DNA of 64,000 bases from Flavobacteriales bacterium (GTDB lineage Bacteria; Bacteroidota; Bacteroidia; CAIKAF01). The stretch spans positions 49,053-113,052 of the forward strand of contig JBILKR010000004.1 in NCBI GenBank assembly GCA_044376575.1. Reading direction: 5' to 3'. The stretch's first letter is position 1; the number at the start of each line of letters is the position of its first letter. Positions 1 through 9,631 of this stretch are shown one piece after another. Both the position numbers and the translations under genes were made by a program. The notes below the pieces were generated by a model. That model saw only the letters and a list, made by a program, of their open reading frames with translations. It was not told the DNA's origin and did not search any database.

Positions 1-759
1 AAAAGGATTATTATCCTTATTGAAGAAGAGACTGTGCTACCTTTGGAGCACCCCAAAATTAAAATTATCAACCTTTCTAAGCGATCTACTTTTCTGGATT
101 TCTTTCTAATCATCAATGAAAATACTTCGCAAGAGGAAATTAACATCATCGCCAATACCGATATTTATTTTGATGACACACTCGCTCTGGCTATAAAGAT
201 TGCACAAATGGAAGTTTATGCCTTGAATCGCTGGGATGTTTTAGATGAGAATCGTGTGCGGTTATTTGCAAAATACTCAACTGGTGACACATGGATATTC
301 AGAGGAAAGGTTGAAGTACCAGTTATAGATTATTACCTTGGTCAATTGGGTTGTGACAATAAACTCCTATATGATCTAAAAAAAGCAGGATACCGAATAT
401 TAAATCCTTCGCTTTCTATTCGTTCCTATCACGTTCATGGAAGTAATGTACGGGGTGAATTATCTGATCCTAAAAAGAACAATCGTATACCGGCTCCTTA
501 TGTGTATTCAATTCCTGCTTTTATTAGTGTTATGGATGCTCAAAGAATACTATTTAAATATGGTCTCGTTTACCTAATTAAATTATTTTTGGTGAGACGT
601 TCGATCCGTTTTCAATATTATTACGATCGAAAAAACAACGTGATTGAGCATGCGTATGAATTAATCGATTCGGTTAACTATAAACCATGGAAATATTGGT
701 ATTTTCATGACTTCAAGCTTCCATTCAAGCGATTTAATCGATTTAAAAGTAATAATTGA
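1..759 (+). CDS. Putative GT-A-fold glycosyltransferase-like protein, 5' partial
   Basis: Frame is open from base 1 (KRIIILIEEETVLP...), so the start lies outside the window. Motifs ANTDIYFD, ALNRWD, DTWIF, GCDNK and YHVH. Convergent with the glycan cluster. Confidence 0.6.
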   Translation, partial: KRIIILIEEETVLPLEHPKIKIINLSKRSTFLDFFLIINENTSQEEINIIANTDIYFDDTLALAIKIAQMEVYALNRWDVLDENRVRLFAKYSTGDTWIFRGKVEVPVIDYYLGQLGCDNKLLYDLKKAGYRILNPSLSIRSYHVHGSNVRGELSDPKKNNRIPAPYVYSIPAFISVMDAQRILFKYGLVYLIKLFLVRRSIRFQYYYDRKNNVIEHAYELIDSVNYKPWKYWYFHDFKLPFKRFNRFKSNN

Positions 760-764
760 TTTAA

Positions 765-1946
765 TTAATTCTGATTCAAAATCTCCGAATAGATTTTTTC
801 TAATTTCAAACCAATTACGGATTCAGAAAATTTATTATATGTTAATTCTCGAATCTTATGAGGATTATATTTTTCATAGTTGACTTGGATTTCTATTAGC
901 GCTTTTGCTAACTCATTTACATGACTCTCACAAATGATACCTGTTTCTTTAGTTACAATATCGCGTACACCCCCGCTATCTGTAACGACAACTGGTTTGC
1001 CAATGGCTTGAGCTTCAGCTACCGTTAATCCAAATGTCTCCAATCTACTTACACTGATTAGCACATGGTGTTGTTTAATTTGCTTCAACACTTCAGTTCG
1101 GGATAAATGGGGGAGAAATTTAACTGAATCCTGTAAATTGAGCGTTCGAGTTATTCCAATTAATTTTTCTTTTTCTGGCCCTTCCCCTGCGATAGTTAGT
1201 TGTGCACGTGGATACAATTTCACCACTTCTTTCCAGCCTTGCAGTAGTAATTCATTTCCTTTTCTTGAATGGAGACGACTGATTACAAGATACCGAAAAG
1301 GATTACTTTCAAAATGATTTATTTCTACTTCAAAAAAAACGGAAGCTACTATGTTGTTCAATACTTCAATATTGCTAGAAGGAGAAATCGAATATTGTAT
1401 TAAGGTTTTTTCTAATGCAAATTTACTGACGAAAAGTGTTTTACTTGCATTCAAAAGTACTTCCTGAATAATCTTTCGATCTGCTTTAGAATATTGTTCA
1501 GGCTGTGCAATTAATCCAGAAGTGTGTTCCGTATGAACAAATGGAATTTGGTATTTTTGGGATAACTTCAATCCGATGTATCCTCCCATAAATAAGGCAT
1601 GACTGTGAATGATATCAAAGTTATTAATAGAGATGGAATATTTTTGTAAAGCTTTCTTTGTTCTGTGAAATAAGTATTTGTATGCTAGTGTTCTGCAACC
1701 TGGAATCAAAGGCTTTACGCCAATGCGAATGACTTCACAGGCTTTCCAGGTTTCTTTGTGAATATAATTTTTATTTTTAAAACTCTCTCTAAAATTACCA
1801 AGCAAGTATGGGTGAAGAATGGTTATTTTATGTCCTAATTTTTGAAGCATTTCAACCTGTTCTTCGATAAATGAACCTTCGGTCGGATTTTTGTGGCTGG
1901 GATACCAGGCAGCAACAATTAAGATATTAAGTGTTTGATTTTTCAT
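765..1946 (-). CDS. Glycosyltransferase family 4
   Basis: N-terminal WYP..G.F..EQ and C-terminal ETFGLTVAEAQAIGKPVV (EX7E). Start set at ATG 1946. Confidence 0.9.
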   Translation of the reverse strand: MKNQTLNILIVAAWYPSHKNPTEGSFIEEQVEMLQKLGHKITILHPYLLGNFRESFKNKNYIHKETWKACEVIRIGVKPLIPGCRTLAYKYLFHRTKKALQKYSISINNFDIIHSHALFMGGYIGLKLSQKYQIPFVHTEHTSGLIAQPEQYSKADRKIIQEVLLNASKTLFVSKFALEKTLIQYSISPSSNIEVLNNIVASVFFEVEINHFESNPFRYLVISRLHSRKGNELLLQGWKEVVKLYPRAQLTIAGEGPEKEKLIGITRTLNLQDSVKFLPHLSRTEVLKQIKQHHVLISVSRLETFGLTVAEAQAIGKPVVVTDSGGVRDIVTKETGIICESHVNELAKALIEIQVNYEKYNPHKIRELTYNKFSESVIGLKLEKIYSEILNQN

Positions 1947-2850
1947 GAATACCAATACCCAGTTTGTTTAAAAATATTTTTGGAATTTCTTTTATATAAT
2001 ATACAGATGGGTAATTTAAAAAACCCTTAAATATTATAATTGATGAGACTAAAATTTGTTTATTCTGCCTTGCCTGATATAAGTACATTTGGTATTTAGT
2101 ATGAATATATTTTTTAAATTCTCGTAAACTTAACTGATCTTTAAATAAATTATAATGGTTAATCTGTAAATCTCTTATCGCTTGAATATAAAAATAGATG
2201 TCACATATTTTTACTTTATGAAAACCAGACCTAACGCTACTTTCATTATGTATTATCTGAATTGCGGTGTAACTTTTTATTTGTTTTACAGGATGTTTTG
2301 CAGCAATTCTCATCCAAAGGTGTGTGTCTTCCCATATTCTGAATCTTGGATCAAACCTATTCTCAATTAAAATAGAATTATGTACACATACAGAATTAAT
2401 TAATATAAATTTATTCCAAATTTCTAATAATACATTATTAGCTTCAGTATCAATTAGAGGATGTTTTGAATACACACCTTCATCATTTATTAAATTGCCA
2501 GTTATAATTAAACTTGGCACATTCGATTTGATAATTTCTTTATGTAAAATTTCTAAATGTGTTTTTAAATACAAATCATCACTGTCTAGAAAGCAAACCC
2601 ATTCTCCTTTAGCGATATCAATTCCTTTGTTTCGTGCGGCACTTCGTTCGGAATTATTTTGATATGTGTATTTAATTCTGGGATCATTAAATGAAGTACA
2701 TACTTTATAAGTATCATCGGTTGAGCCGTCATCTATTATTACTAGTTCCCATTCTTCATAGGTTTGACCTAAAACACTTTGAATGGCATTCTCAATGTAT
2801 GAAGCTCGATTAAAGGTTGGAACGATAATTGAAAAGAAAGGTTTATTCAA
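1927..2850 (-). CDS. Glycosyltransferase family 2
   Basis: FSIIVPTFNR, IDDGSTD, ARNKG, FLDSDD. Confidence 0.92.
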   Translation of the reverse strand: MNKPFFSIIVPTFNRASYIENAIQSVLGQTYEEWELVIIDDGSTDDTYKVCTSFNDPRIKYTYQNNSERSAARNKGIDIAKGEWVCFLDSDDLYLKTHLEILHKEIIKSNVPSLIITGNLINDEGVYSKHPLIDTEANNVLLEIWNKFILINSVCVHNSILIENRFDPRFRIWEDTHLWMRIAAKHPVKQIKSYTAIQIIHNESSVRSGFHKVKICDIYFYIQAIRDLQINHYNLFKDQLSLREFKKYIHTKYQMYLYQARQNKQILVSSIIIFKGFLNYPSVYYIKEIPKIFLNKLGIGIHEKSNT

Positions 2851-2851
2851 C

Positions 2852-4018
2852 TTATAATTTATTTATTAATTGAAAATAAACAGATGCATAATTAGTATAA
2901 CAGCTGCTTAATTGAAATTTTCTTAAATCTAAATTTGTTTTGGTGTCAACCAATATTAAATCTTTCACTTCATTCAGTTCATTAAATTTAATTAAATTAT
3001 AGATTTTATTCTTAATAAATCCTGTTTCTCTTGAAGCAATTGGTGTCCCAGCCATCAAAGATTCTGCAATAGTCAGACCAAAACTTTCTTCTGCTGAATT
3101 GGATATGGTGAGGTCAGCTGCGTTGTACCATTCATTGAGCTCTTTTTGGTCTTTAATCTCACCCGCATAACGAACGTTTGAAAGTTCAGGAGCCAATGGA
3201 TCTTTTTTGCCAATAAAAGCAAATAATAATTCAGGTTGCTGGGCGGCAAATCTCAGTAACTCTTCAAAGCCTTTTAATTTCCGTTTTAAGTCACTTGCTA
3301 CAGAGAGAATAATTTTTTGATCAACAGGTAAATTTAATTTTATTCGACAAGCTATTTTATCCATTGGATGAAAGATTTGGTCTGGAATGCCATGATAGAT
3401 CGTAGTGTGAGGGAACATACCTAATACATCAGATTGCTGAGATAAAGAAGTATATAGTTCAGAAGGGCCTACAACATAAATGTTCGCATTTGCTAACCAT
3501 TTCTTTTTTTTCTTTTTTATTTTTTCTTCTAATCTCATTCCCTCCTGCGGAAAATTTGTGGCACAATGTAAGATTCCCGAAAACGGATTCCTATCGTGCA
3601 GGGTCCATACTATCGGTTTTCGATTTTTTCGGAAAAAGGTAGGCCAGTTTAAAAAGCGCGATGGCCAATGTAAATGAATTATATCGGCCTCTTGATATAA
3701 CGGATCTAAGGTTAAATCAAAAGGCGAATAAGGTATTGTAATGGCGTCATTCGGATGAGGAATTAAGCGATGTAAATGTTCGTATTTTTTATTAATTAAG
3801 TACCCTTTCAAGTATAAATGCCATAGCTTTCTAATGAATGTTTTATATATCCTGCGGTGTGAATAATAGTGTAAATGAGGGGGATGTTTTTTTGTTAGAT
3901 TAAGACAAAGATATTTAGATTCGACACCTTGTCTCAGTAATTCTTCATGCAAATACATGGATGCGATGGCGGCACCTCCAGAGTCACTGAAATTAATGTG
4001 TAAGATTTTAATGGACAT
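2852..4018 (-). CDS. Glycosyltransferase family 4 (WcaC-like)
   Basis: GGAAIA, DIIHLHW, WTLHD, ESFGLTIAESLMAGTP. Confidence 0.88.
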   Translation of the reverse strand: MSIKILHINFSDSGGAAIASMYLHEELLRQGVESKYLCLNLTKKHPPHLHYYSHRRIYKTFIRKLWHLYLKGYLINKKYEHLHRLIPHPNDAITIPYSPFDLTLDPLYQEADIIHLHWPSRFLNWPTFFRKNRKPIVWTLHDRNPFSGILHCATNFPQEGMRLEEKIKKKKKKWLANANIYVVGPSELYTSLSQQSDVLGMFPHTTIYHGIPDQIFHPMDKIACRIKLNLPVDQKIILSVASDLKRKLKGFEELLRFAAQQPELLFAFIGKKDPLAPELSNVRYAGEIKDQKELNEWYNAADLTISNSAEESFGLTIAESLMAGTPIASRETGFIKNKIYNLIKFNELNEVKDLILVDTKTNLDLRKFQLSSCYTNYASVYFQLINKL

Positions 4019-4988
4019 TGGTTAATTGAGCGATAATTTTTCGAATCGTAATTTGCTTCGACCTAAACCGCTTGCGTTCTTCAATAAGTTTTTCCAGGTA
4101 ACCTTCTCTATAAGCATTTGATAGGTCTGCATTTTTATCGGATTTTTTTATCGGATTTTTTATAAAGTACCATCGTTGCATTAAGTATGCTTTCCACCAG
4201 TTTACTTCGTGCTTAAGCGTATTTATTTCTCCGCGTTTGTAGTACCAGTCTATAATTACGTTGGCATGTCCAAATCCGCTATAAAGCCGTTTTAAATATT
4301 CTATATTCAAACGATTTGAAGGGATGGCATGCTTTAAGTAAAGTCGGTTATCATATTTCCATCGGTAACCGCATAGACGAAGTAAATAGCAGATTTCTGT
4401 ATCTCCACCGGAGCTGAGTTCTTTACCGGTGCGGTCACTGAGTAAACTTTCAAAATTCAAATGATAAAGACGTTTTAAAAATTCCGCTCGCAATACGAGT
4501 CCTGCTCCCCAGGGGACAATGCGATCTTCGAGATAGCAACTTTCCATTCCTTCATGACCGCAGGCATAGGACGTAAGATGTTGTTTTATTCGATCAGGCA
4601 AATGTCCTTCAATTAATGCGTCATTAAATCCACACAATGCTCCTATCATTGTATCCTTCGCCATAATTTGAACGGCTTGTTGAATATAGTCCGGAGAAAG
4701 GTGATTATCATCGTCACAAAATAAGATCAATTCTCCCTTTGCTTCAACAATACCCTTTTTTCTTGCGGCACTGAGCCCCGGTGTTTTTTCTTCAACAATA
4801 AAAAAGGGGATGGAGTTGCTATAGGTATTCCAAGTTTTTCTTGCCATCTCAGAAGTGTTATCTGAAGAGTTATTATCGACAAGAATGATTTCCCACGGAT
4901 ACTCAGTTTGCTGAGAAGATAAGGCGCTCAGGGTAGGTTCTATTCGTGTAGCACTATTGTAGCAGCAAAGAATTATACTGAGTTTCAT
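4008..4988 (-). CDS. Glycosyltransferase family 2
   Basis: SIILCCYN, VDNNSSD, GLSAAR, FCDDD, GGDTE. Confidence 0.92.
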   Translation of the reverse strand: MKLSIILCCYNSATRIEPTLSALSSQQTEYPWEIILVDNNSSDNTSEMARKTWNTYSNSIPFFIVEEKTPGLSAARKKGIVEAKGELILFCDDDNHLSPDYIQQAVQIMAKDTMIGALCGFNDALIEGHLPDRIKQHLTSYACGHEGMESCYLEDRIVPWGAGLVLRAEFLKRLYHLNFESLLSDRTGKELSSGGDTEICYLLRLCGYRWKYDNRLYLKHAIPSNRLNIEYLKRLYSGFGHANVIIDWYYKRGEINTLKHEVNWWKAYLMQRWYFIKNPIKKSDKNADLSNAYREGYLEKLIEERKRFRSKQITIRKIIAQLTNVH

Positions 4989-5848
4989 TTCTTCATAAAC
5001 TTTTTATTCAGAAAGAGTGTTAGCTCTCCCAGTTTTTTAATCTCAAATTCGTTTTCAATTAATAATTGATAAATATCTTGACGATTACCAGCTTCGTCGT
5101 GAATTTCCATAATCACTGCACGTATTTTTTTTAAGCAATTAACATTTTCTATGCTGTTTAAAAATACTTCAAACTCACTCCCTTCAATATCGATCTTTAA
5201 AATGTCAATTTCTTGTAAATTGAAATGATCAAAAAGGTACTGAACAGATATTGCTTTTACAGGTCCACTCGGATCTTCAATGGTTCGAATTGACCATTCC
5301 TTGCCGTCACGAAAGTTCATATCAAAACGGATGGAGGTATCATTTGACCATAAGGCTGCGGGTACTACCTCGAAAGATGACAAGTTTGATGTAAGATTCT
5401 TTTTCAAGAGTTGTGTTGTTTCCGGGAAAGGCTCCAAAGCGATTAACCGACTGTTTTCAAGGCCCTCAAATCGTGAAAGATAAATAGCAGAACATCCATT
5501 GTTGGCGCCGGCATCCACGATCACAGGTTCATGATTTAGTTTCAACTCCCGAAGAATAATCTCTAATGGTTCTTTATATTCCTCTCTGAGAAAGATCTGA
5601 TCAAACACTTGAAGGTCGGAACTGCTTTTTCGGAGATATATTATTCTTCCTGAAAAATATATGTTGAAATAGGATGAAAAGAACTTAGCATTGATTTTTA
5701 CAATGAAAGGATCTATTTTCTTAGCCAATTGAATATCTATATCCAATTTTTTAAAAACTTCAGAATTTCGATTTAAGAAATAATGGAATATATAAAGAAA
5801 CGCGTAATGCCAACGATGAATAAAACAAAGCAAGTATAGCTTTTTCAT
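4985..5848 (-). CDS. FkbM family methyltransferase
   Basis: VDAGANNG, ALEP, ILKIDIEGSE. Confidence 0.9.
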   Translation of the reverse strand: MKKLYLLCFIHRWHYAFLYIFHYFLNRNSEVFKKLDIDIQLAKKIDPFIVKINAKFFSSYFNIYFSGRIIYLRKSSSDLQVFDQIFLREEYKEPLEIILRELKLNHEPVIVDAGANNGCSAIYLSRFEGLENSRLIALEPFPETTQLLKKNLTSNLSSFEVVPAALWSNDTSIRFDMNFRDGKEWSIRTIEDPSGPVKAISVQYLFDHFNLQEIDILKIDIEGSEFEVFLNSIENVNCLKKIRAVIMEIHDEAGNRQDIYQLLIENEFEIKKLGELTLFLNKKFMKK

Positions 5849-6813
5849 GATCGTTTGAGAATATTGGTTTTAATAAAATGTTTTAATTTGAAATACTCCG
5901 AAATGAATTTCTTTTTTCCTGTATATTTTCCTGATAATTCATTGTATTTTCGCTGAATGATTCGTTTACTGTATCGATCCTCGTTTATAATGATACCCTT
6001 CAGATCCTCATTTTCAAAAGTTTCATTTAGTAATTGTATCGGCCACTGAGCTTCTCTTATTTCTTTACTCACGTTAAAGGTATGTGTTCCACTTTCATCA
6101 AATCCAATGTTATGTACAAAAGAATGACTTGGAAATAGACCAAGAATATTATTCGTAAATAGACTTGCATACCATATAGCATCTCGTCCGCCTTTTGCTC
6201 CAGTTTGTGTAGTATGTTGTAGTATTTTGAAAGTATTTCCAAAATCAAAATCATTTATCATTTTCTTTTTTTCTATTTCCTGAACAAGAGATACTGAATC
6301 AGGATTGTAAAGTTTCCAGTATTTTTCCCATGTTGCCCATCCATAGGGATTTACTCCTCGCATAAAGAAATAATTTGGTAACTTTTCTTTAAATCTGTAA
6401 CTGTAAGCGTTGATTGCCCCTACTTTATCTTCTTCTTGATATAGTTTTAGTCCGGCATTCATGTAGCTTAGAAACTTAGGTGATACAACTAGGTCATCTT
6501 CCAAAACAATAATTTTCCCGTATTCATTCACAACCTCAGTAATCCCATTAATCATTGATGGGTCACAGCCCTGATTCTTATTAGATGACCTAATAATTAT
6601 TTCTTTAAATCCCGAAATATCCTTTATAATATTATTTACTGCACGCCAATTCATCAAATCGTGTTCTGAGCTTTCTTCTTTTATGCCATCCTGATAGATA
6701 ATCAATATTGATTCAGAAGCTAGATAATTTTTCTTGAGAGCCTCCAGTACCAAACGAGTATGTTTCGGTCGGTTGTATGTAAAAAGAACTATTGGAGCTA
6801 ATCGAGTATTCAT
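5845..6813 (-). CDS. GT-A glycosyltransferase (GNT-I-like/GT2)
   Basis: APIVLFTYNRP, IVLEDD, YGWATW, NIGFD.SGTH. Start set at ATG 6813, just after the upstream stop. Confidence 0.88.
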   Translation of the reverse strand: MNTRLAPIVLFTYNRPKHTRLVLEALKKNYLASESILIIYQDGIKEESSEHDLMNWRAVNNIIKDISGFKEIIIRSSNKNQGCDPSMINGITEVVNEYGKIIVLEDDLVVSPKFLSYMNAGLKLYQEEDKVGAINAYSYRFKEKLPNYFFMRGVNPYGWATWEKYWKLYNPDSVSLVQEIEKKKMINDFDFGNTFKILQHTTQTGAKGGRDAIWYASLFTNNILGLFPSHSFVHNIGFDESGTHTFNVSKEIREAQWPIQLLNETFENEDLKGIIINEDRYSKRIIQRKYNELSGKYTGKKKFISEYFKLKHFIKTNILKRS

Positions 6814-6814
6814 T

Positions 6815-7510
6815 TTATTTTGCCTTGAAGTAAAAAGATGTATTGTAAGTACGGCAAACAAAAATGTAATCAACTGACTTCAGGAAATGGTGAATTTCAC
6901 CGCTTAAGCATGCCTCAATATCCTTTTTGTAGTCCTCCACTAAAACATATCTAGGCCTATATTTATCCCAATCATTGGACTGTAAGGCCTTTAGATCGTA
7001 ACCTTCAATATCGATTGAAATAAAATCAATTTCGGTGTTTTCAGGTAGGTTGGAATTGAATAAATCTGCTAGTGTTATTGCCTTAACCTTTGTTTCATTT
7101 TCTATGCGAAAAGGGGATGCGGTATCTCTTAGTTCTGCAATTTCTTTATCCGCCGTATTCATACCTTTTTCCTCAAGTATATAGAATGCTAACTCTTCAT
7201 TTTTATCAGATATTGCTGTCTCTATGTTAATATCCGAAGGTCTTTTTTTTCGGAATTCCTTCATGCTTCCTGGCATAGCGTCCACATTTATACCCTTCCA
7301 GCCATTGAGATAAAATAATTGGGAATTGGAATAACGTTGAGGATGGTGGGCTCCGATTTCAACATAGAACCCATCTTTCTTGCCTTGAAAAAGATGCTTA
7401 AGTATACGATCCTCTCCTTCCTGACTGAATGAAATTTTATGGAACTCATAAACATCTTTTGAGTAGAAATAGAACCTTTTATTGATCCAATTTTTTAGCG
7501 TTTGCTTCAT
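6815..7510 (-). CDS. FkbM family methyltransferase
   Basis: SFSQEGED, GFYVEIGA..P...SN, GWKGINVD, SIDIEGYD. TAATG coupling to the wzt stop. Confidence 0.9.
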   Translation of the reverse strand: MKQTLKNWINKRFYFYSKDVYEFHKISFSQEGEDRILKHLFQGKKDGFYVEIGAHHPQRYSNSQLFYLNGWKGINVDAMPGSMKEFRKKRPSDINIETAISDKNEELAFYILEEKGMNTADKEIAELRDTASPFRIENETKVKAITLADLFNSNLPENTEIDFISIDIEGYDLKALQSNDWDKYRPRYVLVEDYKKDIEACLSGEIHHFLKSVDYIFVCRTYNTSFYFKAK

Positions 7511-8763
7511 TATTCCCAATTAACATTTAATAAAATAGGTGTTCGAAATGAATCCCCCTTAAGTCCAGTTAAATTCGATGCCACATGAAAATCAATCAAA
7601 TTGAAGTCTGGCCAATCCAAAATATTTCCTAATTCATCTTGAATTACTCCCCTTATGAAATAATTGCCTGGGTACAAAGGAAATTTGATGTTACTAATTG
7701 ATATTTTATCATCCTTAGCATTAAACCATCTGTTATAATAATTCGAGTAAAGGATAGAAATTATATCTCCCAATGAATTATGAATTGATATTCCTATTTT
7801 GAATCTGTTTTCAAAATTGTCAGTAATATTAAGTGAAATTCTAATCGAATAAGTTTCAGATCCATTCACTTGAAAGGTAATAGAGTCTGATTGAAAAATA
7901 TTCAATTCTTTAAACTCAACTGTACCAGTTCCAACTCTACTTTTACTTGAAAATTCTTTACGCGAGCCAGTTATATATGCATCTATAATTTCAGAGGTAC
8001 TTCCTTCTTTCGAAATACAGCCATTCTCTAAAAGTATCGAGGATGTGCATAGATCAGCAATAGCATTCATATTATGACTCACAAACAACACCGTCCTTCC
8101 TTCACCCTTGCTCACCTCCTGCATTTTTCCGATGGCTTTTTTCTGGAATTCAGCATCGCCAACGGCCAAAACCTCGTCTACGATTAAAATTTCAGGTTCC
8201 AAAAAAGCTGCTATGGCAAATCCTAATCGCACCGTCATTCCAGAAGAATAGCGTTTCACCGGGGTGTCAATGTAGCGGGCACAACCTGAAAAATCAATGA
8301 TCTCATCCAGCTTGGAGGTAATCTCCCGCTTGGTCATGCCCATGATGGCACCATTCAAATAAATATTTTCCCTGCCCGTTAATTCCGGATGGAATCCGGT
8401 ACCTACTTCCAGTAAACTGGCCATGCGTCCGTTCACTTTGATGCTGCCATCTGTCGGTCCAGTAATGCGGCTCAATATTTTTAACAAGGTACTTTTTCCG
8501 GCACCGTTTTTTCCGATAATTCCAATAATTTCCCCTTTTTTTACTTCAAAGTTGATATTGCGCAAGGCCCATACATAATCGCTTTCCCCTTTCTCAACAC
8601 GCTTGTTTTCTTCACCTACCCGTGCATAGGGGTTGCCTTTGCCCCGCAGCTTGTGCCAGTATAGGTTGAGGTCGTGGCTCAATGTACCTGTACCAATGGT
8701 CCCCAGCCGGTACATTTTACTCAGGTTTTCTACGCGGATGGCAATATCTTTCTCGCTACTCAT
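7510..8763 (-). CDS. wzt: Polysaccharide ABC transporter ATP-binding protein with C-terminal Wzt_C-like extension
   Basis: Walker A GKNGAGKST, YSSGM signature, ILIVDEVLAVGD, VSH, plus ~150 aa C-terminal beta-rich domain. Confidence 0.95.
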   Translation of the reverse strand: MSSEKDIAIRVENLSKMYRLGTIGTGTLSHDLNLYWHKLRGKGNPYARVGEENKRVEKGESDYVWALRNINFEVKKGEIIGIIGKNGAGKSTLLKILSRITGPTDGSIKVNGRMASLLEVGTGFHPELTGRENIYLNGAIMGMTKREITSKLDEIIDFSGCARYIDTPVKRYSSGMTVRLGFAIAAFLEPEILIVDEVLAVGDAEFQKKAIGKMQEVSKGEGRTVLFVSHNMNAIADLCTSSILLENGCISKEGSTSEIIDAYITGSRKEFSSKSRVGTGTVEFKELNIFQSDSITFQVNGSETYSIRISLNITDNFENRFKIGISIHNSLGDIISILYSNYYNRWFNAKDDKISISNIKFPLYPGNYFIRGVIQDELGNILDWPDFNLIDFHVASNLTGLKGDSFRTPILLNVNWE

Positions 8764-9608
8764 ATCGTATCCATAAAGTTTTGTTCCGTACGGTTAAAAA
8801 TCACGATGCCTGAAAGCAAAGTGATTAAAGTGATAACTGAGGCCATTCCCAAACCGATCCATGAAAAGCTCCCGGATTGTATCCATCCATGTTTAAAGGT
8901 TTCAATGATCGGATAGATGGGATTAATGTCTGCTATCCATGTAAATTCAGGAAACCGCGATGCAATGCTGTCGTAACTCATAATAATTCCCGGTGTGATA
9001 TACATGAGTAACTGGATGCCAAACTGGAGTAAAAATCTCAGGTCACGATACTTGGTAGTCAGCGACGAAATAATAATACCACTTCCCATACCAAGCACTG
9101 CCATTAAAACAATTAACAATGGAAATAAAGCAAGGGTTGCATTAAAATTAATCTCGCCTTTCCATACATAATACAACCAGATAAGCAAAAAGAGCATAAA
9201 CTGAACTCCAAACTTAATAAGGTTAGAAATAACGATACTTAATGGCACCACTAATCTTGGAAAATATACTTTGCCAAACAATCCTTGATTGTCTATAAAT
9301 GTACTTGAGGTTTTGAGCAAGCAATCTGAAAAATAATTCCAAAGAATAATACCCGATAAATAATATACAAAGGTAGGCACACCTTCCGGACTCAACCCCC
9401 CAAATGTACCGAATACCAAGGTAAATACAAGTGTTGTAAATATTGGTTGTAAAAAAAACCAAATCGGACCTAATATGGTTTGTTTATATTGCGATACAAA
9501 ATCTCTTCGAACAAAAAGCAACACTAAATCCTTGTATTGCCACACTTCTTTAAAATTTAATTGAAGTGGATTTTTACTGGGTTTTATTTCAAATTCAAAA
9601 TGATTCAT
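8760..9608 (-). CDS. wzm: Polysaccharide ABC transporter permease
   Basis: RDF...YKQT.LG..W, KVYFPR, YRD motifs, multiple TM helices, adjacent to wzt. Confidence 0.95.
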   Translation of the reverse strand: MNHFEFEIKPSKNPLQLNFKEVWQYKDLVLLFVRRDFVSQYKQTILGPIWFFLQPIFTTLVFTLVFGTFGGLSPEGVPTFVYYLSGIILWNYFSDCLLKTSSTFIDNQGLFGKVYFPRLVVPLSIVISNLIKFGVQFMLFLLIWLYYVWKGEINFNATLALFPLLIVLMAVLGMGSGIIISSLTTKYRDLRFLLQFGIQLLMYITPGIIMSYDSIASRFPEFTWIADINPIYPIIETFKHGWIQSGSFSWIGLGMASVITLITLLSGIVIFNRTEQNFMDTI

Positions 9609-9631
9609 CAATACTTTAAAATTAACTCCAT

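Noticed and set aside
3500-3530. Poly-T/A tracts (8 nt) in glycan genes as phase-variation sites
   Set aside because: Runs this long are expected in AT-rich Lys/Phe codons, and all reading frames are intact.
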